DNA of 64,000 nt from the NCBI GenBank assembly GCA_964230645.1, contig CAXRHT010000003.1, forward strand, positions 320,001-384,000, written 5' to 3'. The notes under the pieces are model-generated. The model saw only the letters and a program-made list of their open reading frames with translations, was not told the DNA's origin and ran no database searches. Positions 37,518-48,173 of the stretch are shown piece after piece. Source of the DNA: Bdellovibrionales bacterium (lineage in GTDB: Bacteria > Bdellovibrionota > Bdellovibrionia > Bdellovibrionales > JAGQZY01). The stretch's first letter is position 1; every line of letters starts with the position of its first letter. The position numbers were made by a program, and so were the translations under genes.

Positions 37518-38168
37518 CTATAATTGCGGTCGGTAGTGACCGGTAATTTTCCAGGTAAAGAGGACATCCTCTATTTTTGCGCCCCAACCAATATTGTGAA
37601 CAACGAGGGGGCGTCCTGACACAGATCGGTCAATAAGAATGCCAATGTGATCGCGCCCATTAAACAATTTCCAGGTAACGATATCCCCAGCGTGGTAGTC
37701 TGTTGAGGTTTCGCTCACTTTTTTCTGCCATCCTTTTTCAATAAAAAAAGTTTGTAAATTAGGAACTCTTCTATGATCAATATTCTTATCAGGACTCTTA
37801 AGGCCCCAATTGTTCGGGTATTTTTTAAAATTTTTGAGCATGCTTTCGTGCAGCTCTTTTTGCAAATCAAAGTCCACAGATCTTAAAGCTCTAATTACGA
37901 CATCGGTACAAACACCGGTGCTAAGGCTCACATCACCACCGGGGTAATCAAGAGCTTTGTAACTTGAGTCATAGGAAGTTGTAACGCCGATCTGTGCTTT
38001 AGCGGCTTTGATGATCGTTCTTGTTTTCTCAGAAAGGTTTTTGATGGAAATTTTCTTTTCTAATAAGGAGGGGTAAGCCCAGCAGTGGAACAAAACTAGG
38101 CTTAGAGAAGAGCAGATGAGAAGAATCGCGAAGTTTCTCCGTCCTTTTTGGCTGAAATCACTCATCAC
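37518..38168 (-). CDS. DUF1287 family protein (NlpC/P60-like)
   Basis: YPGGDV, GVCTDVVIRA, IDHRRVPNL, GDIVTW, HIGI, HNIG. Confidence 0.88.
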   Translation of the reverse strand: MMSDFSQKGRRNFAILLICSSLSLVLFHCWAYPSLLEKKISIKNLSEKTRTIIKAAKAQIGVTTSYDSSYKALDYPGGDVSLSTGVCTDVVIRALRSVDFDLQKELHESMLKNFKKYPNNWGLKSPDKNIDHRRVPNLQTFFIEKGWQKKVSETSTDYHAGDIVTWKLFNGRDHIGILIDRSVSGRPLVVHNIGWGAKIEDVLFTWKITGHYRPQL

Positions 38169-38290
38169 TCTATTTTGCCATTACTTTTAAGATAAAGAAG
38201 ACAACCTCGGCTGAGTGGTTAAATTGAGGATTTGAATGGAAACTGGCAACAGAGATTGACCGGTACGAATTAAACCTCTACCTTTGTTTT

Positions 38291-38710
38291 ATGTCAGACT
38301 TAAACTTAGAAAAAGAAATGAAAGTTTTTACAGATGGTGCAAGCCGAGGGAATCCAGGGCCCGCAGCAGTGGGTGTGGTTTTCTACGATATGAAGGGCGA
38401 ATGCATCGGTGAATACAAAGAGGCGCTTGGCTCACAGACGAACAATTACGCTGAGTATATGGCGGTGATTCGAGCTCTTGAAATTTGCAAAGAAAAGTCT
38501 GTGGAAAAATTAGATTTCTATTGTGATAGCCAATTATTGGTGAAGCAAATGTTGGGTGAGTACAAAGTCAAATCTCCCCAAATTATACCGCTTTTTGAAC
38601 GAGCCAAGGAACTCACCAGCTATTTTAAAAAAGTGGGATACCATCATGTTCGTAGAGAACAGAATAAAGAAGCCGACGCGCTTGCCAATCGAGCTTTGGA
38701 TTCACTCTAA
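38291..38710 (+). CDS. rnhA: Ribonuclease HI family protein
   Basis: TDGASRGNPG, TNNYAEY, DSQLLVKQM, HVRREQNKEADALAN. Confidence 0.92.
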   Translation: MSDLNLEKEMKVFTDGASRGNPGPAAVGVVFYDMKGECIGEYKEALGSQTNNYAEYMAVIRALEICKEKSVEKLDFYCDSQLLVKQMLGEYKVKSPQIIPLFERAKELTSYFKKVGYHHVRREQNKEADALANRALDSL

Positions 38711-39199
38711 AGGAAAATCAGATCATTAGTGAGTAGCTAATGAGGCCAATCACGCTTAGAGCGACAATTTTGAATGCAAATTTTGGTCTTTTTTGTTTCA
38801 TTAACGTCCTACCTACAGTCTACAAATAACCTATCGGCAAATTCCTTCAGGACTTTAGAAAGAGTCAAAATCTTGGATATTTTTCTCAAATTGAAAAGCT
38901 TTGAGGTTTTAGAATTTACCCCATAGCTAATGGAAGCAGGAACTTTAATAGGGCCCACTGTTGCGTTTCCCAGAACCTTCCAACAGATCGAAATCACCTA
39001 TTAATCTCAGCCACTTCAGATCTTGTAGAATTGCTTTGGTAAAGTTTGAGACCCAGCCCATATTAGAAGAGATAAATAATTTCAACCACTTAGACTTAGT
39101 CACCGAGTGCCTCAGTTATCACCACAAGCAGTAAAAACTCTATAATGTTTCCAAAAGTGGTGTGACTTTAGCCTCACTTCTGGTAGAAAGTTAAGTTAT

Positions 39200-39531
39200 T
39201 GGATTGACAGGCTATTGCACTAAAAAATTCATTTTTTAGTGAGGAAAGTCCGGGCTTCACAGGCCGCGCAAGGGGTAACGCCCCTCCACCGTAAGGTGAG
39301 GACCAGTGGAACAGAGAGAATGTCCAGCGCTATGATCCTTTCACCGGGAACGGGAGGTGAATGGGGAGCGGCTGGAGTGAAAGCAGCTAAACTCTGCGTG
39401 AAGCAAGATCAAATAGGAAAGCGCTTGAGTGTGGCCGCACGAAGCTTTCGGGTTGATCGCTTAAGGCCTTCGGTAACGAAGGTCTCAGATGAATGATAGC
39501 CCTCGACAGAACCCGGCTTATCGTTGGTCCA
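39200..39531 (+). ncRNA. rnpB: RNase P RNA (class A)
   Basis: GAGGAAAGTCCGGGC near the 5' end and ACAGAACCCGGCTTAT near the 3' end; terminal P1 pairing. Confidence 0.96.
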
Positions 39532-39537
39532 TAGAAT

Positions 39538-39577
39538 GCCGCACTCCCTTTATGGGGGTGCGGTGTTCAAATTTTTT
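39538..39577 (+). terminator. Terminator hairpin after rnpB
   Basis: gccgcactccc-tttat-gggggtgcggt followed by a T-rich stretch. Confidence 0.6.
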
Positions 39578-41066
39578 AAATCGCTTTAGTAAAATATCGA
39601 TCTGCCATTGAAAAGAGAAAATCCACGAGGATAGCAAGAAGTGCTGCTGGGATGGCCCCTTGTAAAACCATATTAGTATCGTTGAGAGCTAGGCCCGTAA
39701 CGATGGGAACTCCTAAGCCACCAGCCCCAATAAAGGCCGCTAAAGTGGCTGTTCCAATATTAAGAATGGTGGCCGTACGAATTCCTGCCATAATGGTTGG
39801 AAACGCTAGTGGTAATTTTACCGAGAAAAAGATTTCAAAAGGATAAAGTCCAATTCCTTTGGCTGAAGTAATTAGTCTTGGGTCAATGCTTGTCATCGCA
39901 GTATGAGTGTTTCGAAGAATGGGAAGAAGTGAATAAATAAAAAGTCCGATAATCGCTGGAGTAAAACCGATTCCGAAAAATGGGATCATAAAAGTAAGCA
40001 GTGCTATGGATGGGATTGTTTGTAGTACTCCGGTAAATCCCAGAACGTACTTTGAAAAAGTGGCTCGACCAGAGATTACAGTTGCTAGTGGAACAGCCAC
40101 AAGAGTAGCGAGCAAGACCGCTAGTCCTGTTAAAAACAAGTGGTTCTTGGTTTGGGTGAGCATTCGAGACCACTGAATGGATTTGGTGGCGCTGTAGGAA
40201 CCACCTTCAGAAACCAAACCGTCTTCTGTTAAAAATTTATTCGCAACGAAGGGAATCGGTTTTCCATCGTTGACCATACCAGTGAGCTTGCGAATCCTTT
40301 GGTCGTCAATGCGTCCAGCAAGAGAATTTAGAAGCTTTCTTACCTCAGTGGGGATTTGATCGTGAACCAATGGAACGGCCAGATATTTTGGAAAGAACTT
40401 TTCATTGTCCTCAAGCACTTTGAAATTGTATTTTTCCACCAGTGGTTCGGTGGTGTAGGCTTCTGCAAAATCCACGCGATCATTTCTTAGTGCCTCATAG
40501 TTGAGAGGCACGTCCAAGTTAGTTAAAGGATTCTTGAGGGAGTAAAGCTTCTTTAGTCCCTGCCAGCCGTCTGTCCTTTCTTGAAATTCAAAACTCACCG
40601 CGCCTCTGAGCTCTGGATGATCCTTTAAATCGGAGATGGTCTCAATCCCTAACTCGTTTGCCAGTTCGGGCTTCATAACAAGACTGTAGCTGTTGTTAAG
40701 TCCTAAAGGTTTAAGCATCTCTAGGTTATGTTTTTTCAATCGTTGATTGATGCCGACAAAGTCTTGCACTTCGGTTTTTATAATCGACTGCGCGATCGTG
40801 CCAGAATAATCGGGGTAGACATCAAGTTCGTGGGTTTTTAGGGCGTAAAAAGCAGCCACAGACCCACCCATACTGAACTTTCTAACAACGGGATAGCCGT
40901 TATCTTCGAGCAGTTGAGCAAAGATTTCTGCGATAATGAAATTTTCGCTAAACCGCTTGGATCCAACAGTGATTGTGGGCTTGTCGTCACTAGCCTGGGT
41001 AAAGTTTAGAGGAGATAGAACGAGAAAAGCGAAAAGAATCATGCCGTTCAAAGCTTTAGAGAGCAC
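39576..41066 (-). CDS. Osmoprotectant (glycine betaine) ABC transporter, fused substrate-binding/permease
   Basis: VGSKRFSEN, YPDYSGT, FFPKY; TM domain QTIPSIALL, IGAGGLG. Confidence 0.92.
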   Translation of the reverse strand: MLSKALNGMILFAFLVLSPLNFTQASDDKPTITVGSKRFSENFIIAEIFAQLLEDNGYPVVRKFSMGGSVAAFYALKTHELDVYPDYSGTIAQSIIKTEVQDFVGINQRLKKHNLEMLKPLGLNNSYSLVMKPELANELGIETISDLKDHPELRGAVSFEFQERTDGWQGLKKLYSLKNPLTNLDVPLNYEALRNDRVDFAEAYTTEPLVEKYNFKVLEDNEKFFPKYLAVPLVHDQIPTEVRKLLNSLAGRIDDQRIRKLTGMVNDGKPIPFVANKFLTEDGLVSEGGSYSATKSIQWSRMLTQTKNHLFLTGLAVLLATLVAVPLATVISGRATFSKYVLGFTGVLQTIPSIALLTFMIPFFGIGFTPAIIGLFIYSLLPILRNTHTAMTSIDPRLITSAKGIGLYPFEIFFSVKLPLAFPTIMAGIRTATILNIGTATLAAFIGAGGLGVPIVTGLALNDTNMVLQGAIPAALLAILVDFLFSMADRYFTKAI

Positions 41067-42171
41067 TGAGCGCCTCCTGACTAAAAACTCCCATAAGCTG
41101 ACCTTTATCGTTTACCACGGGGAGAGCGGATTCTTTTGCGTCCAAGATTTTTTGCATACCATGAAGGATATTATCAGTACTTTGAAGCTTTAATTCATGA
41201 GAGTTTTTTCCGACCTCTTGACTCTTTAGAAGCATGCGATCTTTGTCGACAAAATAATGATAGCGTTGCTTTTGGCTTTGAAGAAAAGAGTCGACCTCAT
41301 TTAAAGAAGAGAAGCTCTTACATTCATTAGTTTCAATATCACAGACTTCAAAGCCTTTCGGATTCTCAAAAGTGGAGAACACGCTGGTGTTTAATACCGA
41401 ATAAAGAAAGACCTCTTTTAAAATATTTCCTGGTGAGTGGGAGTGAATAAAGCTTTCTACAAACTTTGTTGCCGGCGAGAGCAAAAATTTACTGGGTCGT
41501 CCTTTTTGTTCAATTTTACCTTGGTTAAGTAGGACAATCTCGTCGGCCATTTTAAAAGCTTCGGGGAGATCGTGAGTGACAAGAACAATTGTTAGATGAA
41601 GTTTTGACTGTAAACTTAAAAACTCCTTTTGAATCTCTGCGCGCGTAATAGGATCCAAGGCGCTAAAGGGTTCATCCATAAGCATAATTTGAGGATTCAT
41701 AAACAAAGCTCTAGCGATGCCGACTCGCTGTTGTTGGCCACCACTGATTTGTCTTGGTTTTTTATTGAGAAAATCCTTTGAGTAGGGGAGATCCATGAGT
41801 TCACAAAGCTCTTGGATCCTTTGGTTGATTTGGCTTTTCTGCCAATTTTCTTTGCGGGCAATTATAGAGAGGTTCTCATAGAGGGTCATATGGGGAAAAA
41901 GACCACTGCCCTGAATTGAATAACCCATTTGGCGGCGCCACTGCTCCCCTTTGGAAAAATCAAATTTTTTGTCTTCGATAAAAATTTCGCCATCATTGGG
42001 TTGTAAAAGCCCATTCATCAAGCGAAGTGTGGTTGTTTTACCACTGCCACTAGAGCCCACGAGACAATAGGTTTTTCCTTTTTCAATACATAAGTTGAAA
42101 TCAGAGAGAATGTTTTTATCGCCATAGGAAAATGCGATATTTTTCATATCAATCGCGTAGGGATTGGGCAT
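41056..42171 (-). CDS. Osmoprotectant ABC transporter ATP-binding subunit
   Basis: GSSGSGKTT, ISGGQQQRVG, MDEPFSALDP; CBS-like tail. Confidence 0.93.
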   Translation of the reverse strand: MPNPYAIDMKNIAFSYGDKNILSDFNLCIEKGKTYCLVGSSGSGKTTTLRLMNGLLQPNDGEIFIEDKKFDFSKGEQWRRQMGYSIQGSGLFPHMTLYENLSIIARKENWQKSQINQRIQELCELMDLPYSKDFLNKKPRQISGGQQQRVGIARALFMNPQIMLMDEPFSALDPITRAEIQKEFLSLQSKLHLTIVLVTHDLPEAFKMADEIVLLNQGKIEQKGRPSKFLLSPATKFVESFIHSHSPGNILKEVFLYSVLNTSVFSTFENPKGFEVCDIETNECKSFSSLNEVDSFLQSQKQRYHYFVDKDRMLLKSQEVGKNSHELKLQSTDNILHGMQKILDAKESALPVVNDKGQLMGVFSQEALSAL

Positions 42172-42261
42172 AGATAGAAAAAATCATTTTATGACAGAGA
42201 TTACAACGAAAAAAAGTTTAATTTACAAAAGGAAAGGGCAGTAAATTAAATAATTTATAAC

Positions 42262-43293
42262 CTAAGATTTAACTTGGGAATAAACTAAAAGTTCGGCTCC
42301 GAGGCGCCAATCAGGAGAGTGCTTTAAACGAGTCCAATAGCGAAAATTGAAGTCTTTTTGCATTTTCTCTCGTAACTCCCACTCGCTACCTCCAAAGTAA
42401 GGTCCCCCTCTTTTGGGGACTACAAAGAAAATTCCAAGAAGGTGGCCATCGTCAGTCAGAAGCTTTTTCCAGGCTTTAACCATTTTGGAACGCTTCTCTG
42501 GAGCGATCGCACAGTAGAGCGTGTGTTCAAAAATCAAATCAAAAGTGGATTGGTTATTGTCAGCAAACTCAAAAAAGTCGCTCTTCACAAAGTTCAGATT
42601 CTCGATATCCCCATAGAGTTTTTGGGCTTCTTCCAAAGCGCGGTCGCTAAAATCAAGAGCTGTTACGATATGTCCCTGTTTTGCTAGATAGGCAGCATCA
42701 TGGCCACGGCCGCAACCAGGAACCAGAATTCGACATTTGTTAATTTTTAGCTGGTTCATAGCACTTTTAAGCTCGGGATGAGGTTTTTCTAAATCCCACC
42801 CGGGAAGCTCGGGTTCATTGTATTTTTGAGTCCAGAAAGGAGAGCCTTTAACATCGTCGTTTGCGAAATAATAATCAGGGGTTTGAATCTGATGACTGTT
42901 TATTTTAATGGAATCGTCATCAAATTCTTCAGCGAGGTTAAAGAGTTCCGCCTGAGCGGGCCGGGATAAGACAAAGGGAATACCTCTTTTCGTTTTCCCG
43001 TGGAAGCGGTCCCATTCATCCACACAAAAAGAGGAAACCTCGGCTTCTTCTTTGAGTTGATAAGGCATTTGCAAAACAATTTTATTATTCTCAAGATGAA
43101 CTTGCCTTGCCACATAAGGCTTATCGAAGCATTCGACAATGGCCTCATCTCCTTCAAAATTGAGATGGGTCACACCGTAGTCATCCAGAGTTATTTGCGA
43201 GAGCATATCGTGACCGATGGGTTCATCCGTCACTCGGAGACCATTGTGAAGGACAAAATAGCCCTCCTCATCAATGGCAATTGTTTTGATCAT
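42262..43293 (-). CDS. Thiopurine-methyltransferase-like SAM methyltransferase with an extra N-terminal domain
   Basis: PGWDL, ILVPGCGRGHDA, DFF, FEHTLYCAI, GPYFG. Confidence 0.82.
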   Translation of the reverse strand: MIKTIAIDEEGYFVLHNGLRVTDEPIGHDMLSQITLDDYGVTHLNFEGDEAIVECFDKPYVARQVHLENNKIVLQMPYQLKEEAEVSSFCVDEWDRFHGKTKRGIPFVLSRPAQAELFNLAEEFDDDSIKINSHQIQTPDYYFANDDVKGSPFWTQKYNEPELPGWDLEKPHPELKSAMNQLKINKCRILVPGCGRGHDAAYLAKQGHIVTALDFSDRALEEAQKLYGDIENLNFVKSDFFEFADNNQSTFDLIFEHTLYCAIAPEKRSKMVKAWKKLLTDDGHLLGIFFVVPKRGGPYFGGSEWELREKMQKDFNFRYWTRLKHSPDWRLGAELLVYSQVKS

Positions 43294-43299
43294 TGAGTT

Positions 43300-43773
43300 T
43301 TATTCCACTTCGTCGGGATCATCTTGTGAATCGGTAGTCTCTTCCTCGGAAGCGGGCTCATCCACTTGCTCGACTTCACCTTCTTCAGTAATTTCAAAGG
43401 GCTCCATAAATTCGACTTTTACATCACCGGCATTTTCGATCTGAGCGGTCCACTTATTGCCATCTTTGGAGGTGATTAAAAAGGTTCCGCGACGGTAGAC
43501 TTTTTCCATTTCTCCATCAGCATTTGGCTCCATATAGGAAAACTTGAAATGAGCTTTCATCTCTTTGCCGCTTTCAATGACTTCAGTGTAGATCTTAGAA
43601 AACTCAATTTCCGTAGCGTTGGGCTGATTGTTCTGCACAGCCTGAGTCATATAAGCGGTAATGAGGTTATTGATCTTGTTCATTTGATCGATGGTTAATT
43701 CTTCTGAACGTTTGGAGAACCAAAAAGTAAAACAAATGAATGCAATCACGATAACTAAGCTCAAATACTTCAT
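43300..43773 (-). CDS. Hypothetical membrane-anchored protein
   Basis: AGAGG SD; N-terminal TM; acidic tail. Confidence 0.6.
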   Translation of the reverse strand: MKYLSLVIVIAFICFTFWFSKRSEELTIDQMNKINNLITAYMTQAVQNNQPNATEIEFSKIYTEVIESGKEMKAHFKFSYMEPNADGEMEKVYRRGTFLITSKDGNKWTAQIENAGDVKVEFMEPFEITEEGEVEQVDEPASEEETTDSQDDPDEVE

Positions 43774-43959
43774 GTGTGGACCTCTGAGGTTGATTCGTTT
43801 CACCATTGTGCCTCGAATCAGGGCTTTAGTAAAAGGCTTAGATGTAAAGCTTTATGGCGCGCCACAGCAATGACGCGCTTCCGAAAAACGGAAGTCGCTC
43901 TTGGCCGAAAGTTGTTTAAAAACGGGAATTTGTCTATGGTCCCAGCATTGGAGACTCCC

Positions 43960-45567
43960 ATGGCCCAGATACAAACTCAGTTAGACTCTACTTCCGAACA
44001 ATTTAAAAAAAATAAGGACTTTATGGATGGCCTTGTTAATCAGCTCAACGAGCGAGTGGAGCAGGTTAAAAAAGGTGGCGGTGAAAAGTCTTTAGAAAGG
44101 CATCGCTCGCGCGGCAAATTGCCCGCTCGAGAAAGAATTGAAAAAATTATTGATCCGCAATCCTCTTTTTTAGAATTTTCAACTCTTGCGGCTTGGGAGC
44201 TTTACGATGGTGCAGCCCCAGGGGCTGGAGTGGTCACAGGCATTGGTCTTGTTAGTGGAGTTGAGTGCGTGATCGTTGCTAACGATGCCACCGTCAAAGG
44301 GGGTACCTATTTCCCAATGACGGTCAAAAAACATTTGCGGGCTCAAGAAGTGGCTATGGAAAATGGACTCCCTTGTGTCTATTTGGTGGACTCGGGCGGA
44401 GCCTTTCTCCCCATGCAAGATGAAGTTTTCCCGGACCGGGACCATTTCGGACGCATATTTTATAACCAAGCTCGAATGTCTGCTCAGGGAATTCCTCAAA
44501 TTTCTATAGTAATGGGAAGTTGCACGGCCGGTGGAGCCTACGTTCCGGCCATGAGTGATGAAAACGTTATTGTTAAAGACAATGGAACTATTTTTTTAGG
44601 AGGCCCACCCTTAGTAAAAGCCGCCACGGGAGAAGATGTTACAGCTGAAGAACTCGGTGGAGCGGCAGTACACAGTTACACCTCTGGAGTCACTGACCAC
44701 TTTGCAGAAGACGATGAGCAGGCCCTTTTGAAAGCTCGTGAAATCGTAAAGCATCTCAACCACACTCGTAAACAATCCGTCGATCTAAAAGAAACAGAAG
44801 AACCACTTTATGAGGCTTCTGAACTTTATGGAATTATTCCTGAAGACACTCGCGTGCAATTTGATGTGAGGGAAGTGATCGCTCGTATTATTGATGGCAG
44901 TGATTTCCATGAATTTAAAAGTGGCTATGGCACATCCCTAGTGACAGGCTTTGCACGAATTTGGGGAATGCCGGTAGGAATCATCGCCAATAACGGTGTT
45001 CTTTTTAGTGAGTCGGCAATGAAGGCCGCTCACTTCATTGAGCTTTGTGAGCAACGACGAGTGCCCTTGGTTTTCTTGCAAAATATTACGGGCTTTATGG
45101 TCGGAAAATCTTACGAGCACGAAGGCATCGCTAAGCATGGCGCCAAGATGGTGATGGCCGTGAGTAATGCCAGTGTGCCTAAATTCACCGTTGTTATCGG
45201 TGGTTCTTATGGCGCAGGAAATTACGGCATGTGTGGAAGAGCCTACCAGCCGAGACAGTTATGGATGTGGCCGAATGCTAAAATCTCTGTGATGGGTGGG
45301 GAACAAGCCGCCAATGTTTTATGTACAGTAAAAATGGATCAAAAAGCGGCCAAAGGAGAAGAGATGTCTCCCGAAGAGCAGGAAAAATTTAAAAAACCGA
45401 TTCTTGAAAAATACGCAAAGGAAAGTTCGGCTTATTACTCAAGTGCTCGCATCTGGGATGATGGGATTATTGATCCCACAGACACTCGCCAAGTATTGGC
45501 GTTGGGACTCAGAGCTTCTTTAAATAAAAAATGGAATGAGCCCAAGCAGGGCGTCTTTAGGATGTAG
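43960..45567 (+). CDS. liuB: Methylcrotonyl-CoA carboxylase carboxyltransferase subunit
   Basis: [43 protein letters not shown]; start moved to ATG 43960. Confidence 0.93.
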   Translation: MAQIQTQLDSTSEQFKKNKDFMDGLVNQLNERVEQVKKGGGEKSLERHRSRGKLPARERIEKIIDPQSSFLEFSTLAAWELYDGAAPGAGVVTGIGLVSGVECVIVANDATVKGGTYFPMTVKKHLRAQEVAMENGLPCVYLVDSGGAFLPMQDEVFPDRDHFGRIFYNQARMSAQGIPQISIVMGSCTAGGAYVPAMSDENVIVKDNGTIFLGGPPLVKAATGEDVTAEELGGAAVHSYTSGVTDHFAEDDEQALLKAREIVKHLNHTRKQSVDLKETEEPLYEASELYGIIPEDTRVQFDVREVIARIIDGSDFHEFKSGYGTSLVTGFARIWGMPVGIIANNGVLFSESAMKAAHFIELCEQRRVPLVFLQNITGFMVGKSYEHEGIAKHGAKMVMAVSNASVPKFTVVIGGSYGAGNYGMCGRAYQPRQLWMWPNAKISVMGGEQAANVLCTVKMDQKAAKGEEMSPEEQEKFKKPILEKYAKESSAYYSSARIWDDGIIDPTDTRQVLALGLRASLNKKWNEPKQGVFRM

Positions 45568-45570
45568 ATC

Positions 45571-46341
45571 ATGGAAAACTTAAGAATCATACAGAAAGAT
45601 CATTTGATTTCAGTCACCCTCAATCGACCCAAGGTTCGCAATGCCTTTAATGATGCAATGATTGAAGAAATGACGGCCACTTTCAAAGAGGCCAGTAAAA
45701 ACCAAGAGCTTCGAGTGATGATTCTTCAAGGAGCCGGTGAGAGTTTTAGTGCCGGAGGGGATCTTAACTGGATGAAGTCCATGGTCGACTACACCGAAAA
45801 AGAAAATATTGCCGATTCAGAAAAGCTTTTCGAAATGTATGAGGCTCTTAAAAATGTACCAGTACCAGTAGTCACCATGGTCCATGGTCACGCCATGGGT
45901 GGGGCTTTAGGTCTTATAGCAGCTAGTGACATCGTCTATGCAGAGGAAGACACGCAATTTTGTTTTAGCGAAGTGCGCTTGGGGCTGGCACCGGCTGTCA
46001 TCAGTGCGTTTGTGAAAGACAAAATCTTACCGCGTGACATGCACCGCTACTTTCTCACCGCCGAAGTTTTCGATTCGGCCGACGCCTTCGACATGGGGTT
46101 GATTCATGGCTATGGGGGAAAAGAAGAGGTGGAGGAAACTGTTTTTAAAACCGCACAAAAAATTTCTAAAAACGGCCCGCAAGCGGTACGCGCCACCAAG
46201 AAATTAATTTTTGATTTAGAGTCCTCAAAGAATTTAAAGAAAACAACCTCCGAGGTTATCGCTAAACTGCGAGTGGGCGATGAAGGACAAGAGGGATTGA
46301 GTGCATTTTTTGAAAAGAGGAAACCTTCGTGGCTGATATAA
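45571..46341 (+). CDS. liuC: Methylglutaconyl-CoA hydratase (enoyl-CoA hydratase family)
   Basis: LNRPKVRNAFN, FSAGGDL, SEVRLGLAPA; operon context. Confidence 0.85.
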   Translation: MENLRIIQKDHLISVTLNRPKVRNAFNDAMIEEMTATFKEASKNQELRVMILQGAGESFSAGGDLNWMKSMVDYTEKENIADSEKLFEMYEALKNVPVPVVTMVHGHAMGGALGLIAASDIVYAEEDTQFCFSEVRLGLAPAVISAFVKDKILPRDMHRYFLTAEVFDSADAFDMGLIHGYGGKEEVEETVFKTAQKISKNGPQAVRATKKLIFDLESSKNLKKTTSEVIAKLRVGDEGQEGLSAFFEKRKPSWLI

Positions 46342-47807
46342 AAAGTGTTGCAATTGCAAACAGAGGAGAGGTGGCCGTTCGAATCATTCGAGCTTGCCAA
46401 GAGTTAGGCTTAGAGTCGGTTTTACTACACTCAAAAGCTGATATCGGTACTAGGGCTTATCGCCAAGCGGATCGAACGATCTGTATTGGTGAATCTTCGG
46501 TCAACCAATCCTATCTTTCCATTGAGAAAAATGTCGACGGAGTTTTGGCTTCGGGGGCACAGGCTGTTCACCCTGGCTTTGGTTTTCTGTCAGAGAATTC
46601 TGATTTTGCTCAAGCGCTGATCGACAAAGGTATCGAATTTATTGGTCCGAGCCCAGAAGCCATTCGTAAAATGGGTGATAAGATTGAGGCCAAACATATT
46701 ATTGAAAAGGCGAAGGTTCCGAGCGTTCCGGGTTATAATGGTGCCGATCAGAGTCTGGAAACTCTTACCAGCGAAGCCGAAAAAATTGGTTATCCCGTTA
46801 TCGTAAAAGCGGCCGCCGGCGGTGGTGGACGAGGAATGAAGGTCATTCGTTCCAAAGAAGAATCAAAGGAAATGATTGAAGCGGCAAAGCGAGAAGGTAA
46901 AAGTGCTTTTGGAAGTGATAAGGTATTCCTTGAGAAATATCTGGATAAAGCCAAGCACATAGAGGTTCAAATATTTGGAGATTTAAGCGGAAATGTGGTT
47001 CACCTTTTTGACCGTGAATGTTCCGTGCAAAGGCGCCATCAAAAAATTGTGGAAGAGGCCATGTCGCCCTCTCTTTCAACCGATTTGCGCCTTGAGATTT
47101 GTCAGTCGGCCGTAAAGCTTGCCAAAGAGGTTAACTATGTCGGGGCGGGAACAGTGGAGTTTCTTGTTCAAGATGGCAATTTTTATTTTCTTGAGATGAA
47201 CACGCGTCTTCAAGTAGAACATCCTGTCACCGAATTGGTTCTTGGAGTGGATTTGGTGAAGGCTCAAATTCTCAATCAAATGAACCGTTTCTCTGTATGG
47301 GACCAGGACTTACTCACTCCACGAGGGCACGCCATTGAGTGCCGACTTTATGCGGAAGATCCTTATTCTGTAGGGATTCCTTCCACCGGACCTGTAGGCT
47401 ACCAACACTGGCCGGATGGGCCGGGACGGCGTTTTGACTATGGATACGAAGAGGGCGATGAGGTGACTCCCTTTTATGATTCTATGATGGCGAAAATTAT
47501 TGTTTGGGATGAAAACCGCAGCAGAGCCATCAGGAAAATGCTTAAAACCCTTGATCAAACAATTTTGTTTGGAGTGAAGTCAAATATTCCTTTTTTAAAG
47601 AAAATTCTCTCCCATCCTGATTTCGTTGACGGAAGTTTTAACACTCAATTTATTAATCAGTATTTTCCCCAAGGCCTTGAGGTGGAAGAAAAAAACACCG
47701 AAATGATCAAAGAGGTGGGGGAATTGTTGTTTCAAAAAGTTGGCGAGAGAACAGGATCTAATCAAGCCGTAAGTTCACCCTGGACTCAGCACTGGAGTAA
47801 TGTATGA
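46329..47807 (+). CDS. liuD: Methylcrotonyl-CoA carboxylase biotin carboxylase subunit
   Basis: ANRGEVA, HPGFGFLSEN, GGGGRGM, ECSVQRRHQK, EMNTRLQVEH. Confidence 0.9.
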   Translation: MADIKSVAIANRGEVAVRIIRACQELGLESVLLHSKADIGTRAYRQADRTICIGESSVNQSYLSIEKNVDGVLASGAQAVHPGFGFLSENSDFAQALIDKGIEFIGPSPEAIRKMGDKIEAKHIIEKAKVPSVPGYNGADQSLETLTSEAEKIGYPVIVKAAAGGGGRGMKVIRSKEESKEMIEAAKREGKSAFGSDKVFLEKYLDKAKHIEVQIFGDLSGNVVHLFDRECSVQRRHQKIVEEAMSPSLSTDLRLEICQSAVKLAKEVNYVGAGTVEFLVQDGNFYFLEMNTRLQVEHPVTELVLGVDLVKAQILNQMNRFSVWDQDLLTPRGHAIECRLYAEDPYSVGIPSTGPVGYQHWPDGPGRRFDYGYEEGDEVTPFYDSMMAKIIVWDENRSRAIRKMLKTLDQTILFGVKSNIPFLKKILSHPDFVDGSFNTQFINQYFPQGLEVEEKNTEMIKEVGELLFQKVGERTGSNQAVSSPWTQHWSNV

Positions 47808-48172
47808 AAAAACTAAAAATCCAGTGGCAGGGTAAAGAAAGGGAAGTTCTTGTTCAAAAAATTAAAGGGAAGCTTTGGTTTCACCTAGACGGGGAAACTC
47901 ATTCGTATTCCCCTGAGATCAATCAATCCTCATCCGGAGCCGCAGCTTCTCAAGATCCTACGAAAATTGTAGCCCCCATGCCTGGCAAGGTCATGAAAGT
48001 ATTAAAATCAGTTGGAGACGCAGTGAAAACTGGCGAGACGGTCGTGGTTTTAGAAGCGATGAAAATGGAGTACAATTTAAAGGCTGAGGCCGACTTTAAG
48101 GTTAAAAAAATCAACGCCAAAGAAGAGCAATCGGTTGCATTGGGAGCTCTTCTTGTTGAGTTAGAAGAATAA
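47804..48172 (+). CDS. Biotin carboxyl carrier protein (separate from the carboxylase)
   Basis: APMPG...EAMKME biotinylation motif. Confidence 0.92.
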   Translation: MKKLKIQWQGKEREVLVQKIKGKLWFHLDGETHSYSPEINQSSSGAAASQDPTKIVAPMPGKVMKVLKSVGDAVKTGETVVVLEAMKMEYNLKAEADFKVKKINAKEEQSVALGALLVELEE

Positions 48173-48173
48173 A

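Noticed and set aside
39239..39496. 85-aa ORF
   Set aside because: Lies entirely within the RNase P RNA gene.
43774..43959. N-terminal extension of liuB in the ORF track
   Set aside because: Non-homologous; a GGAG SD precedes ATG 43960.
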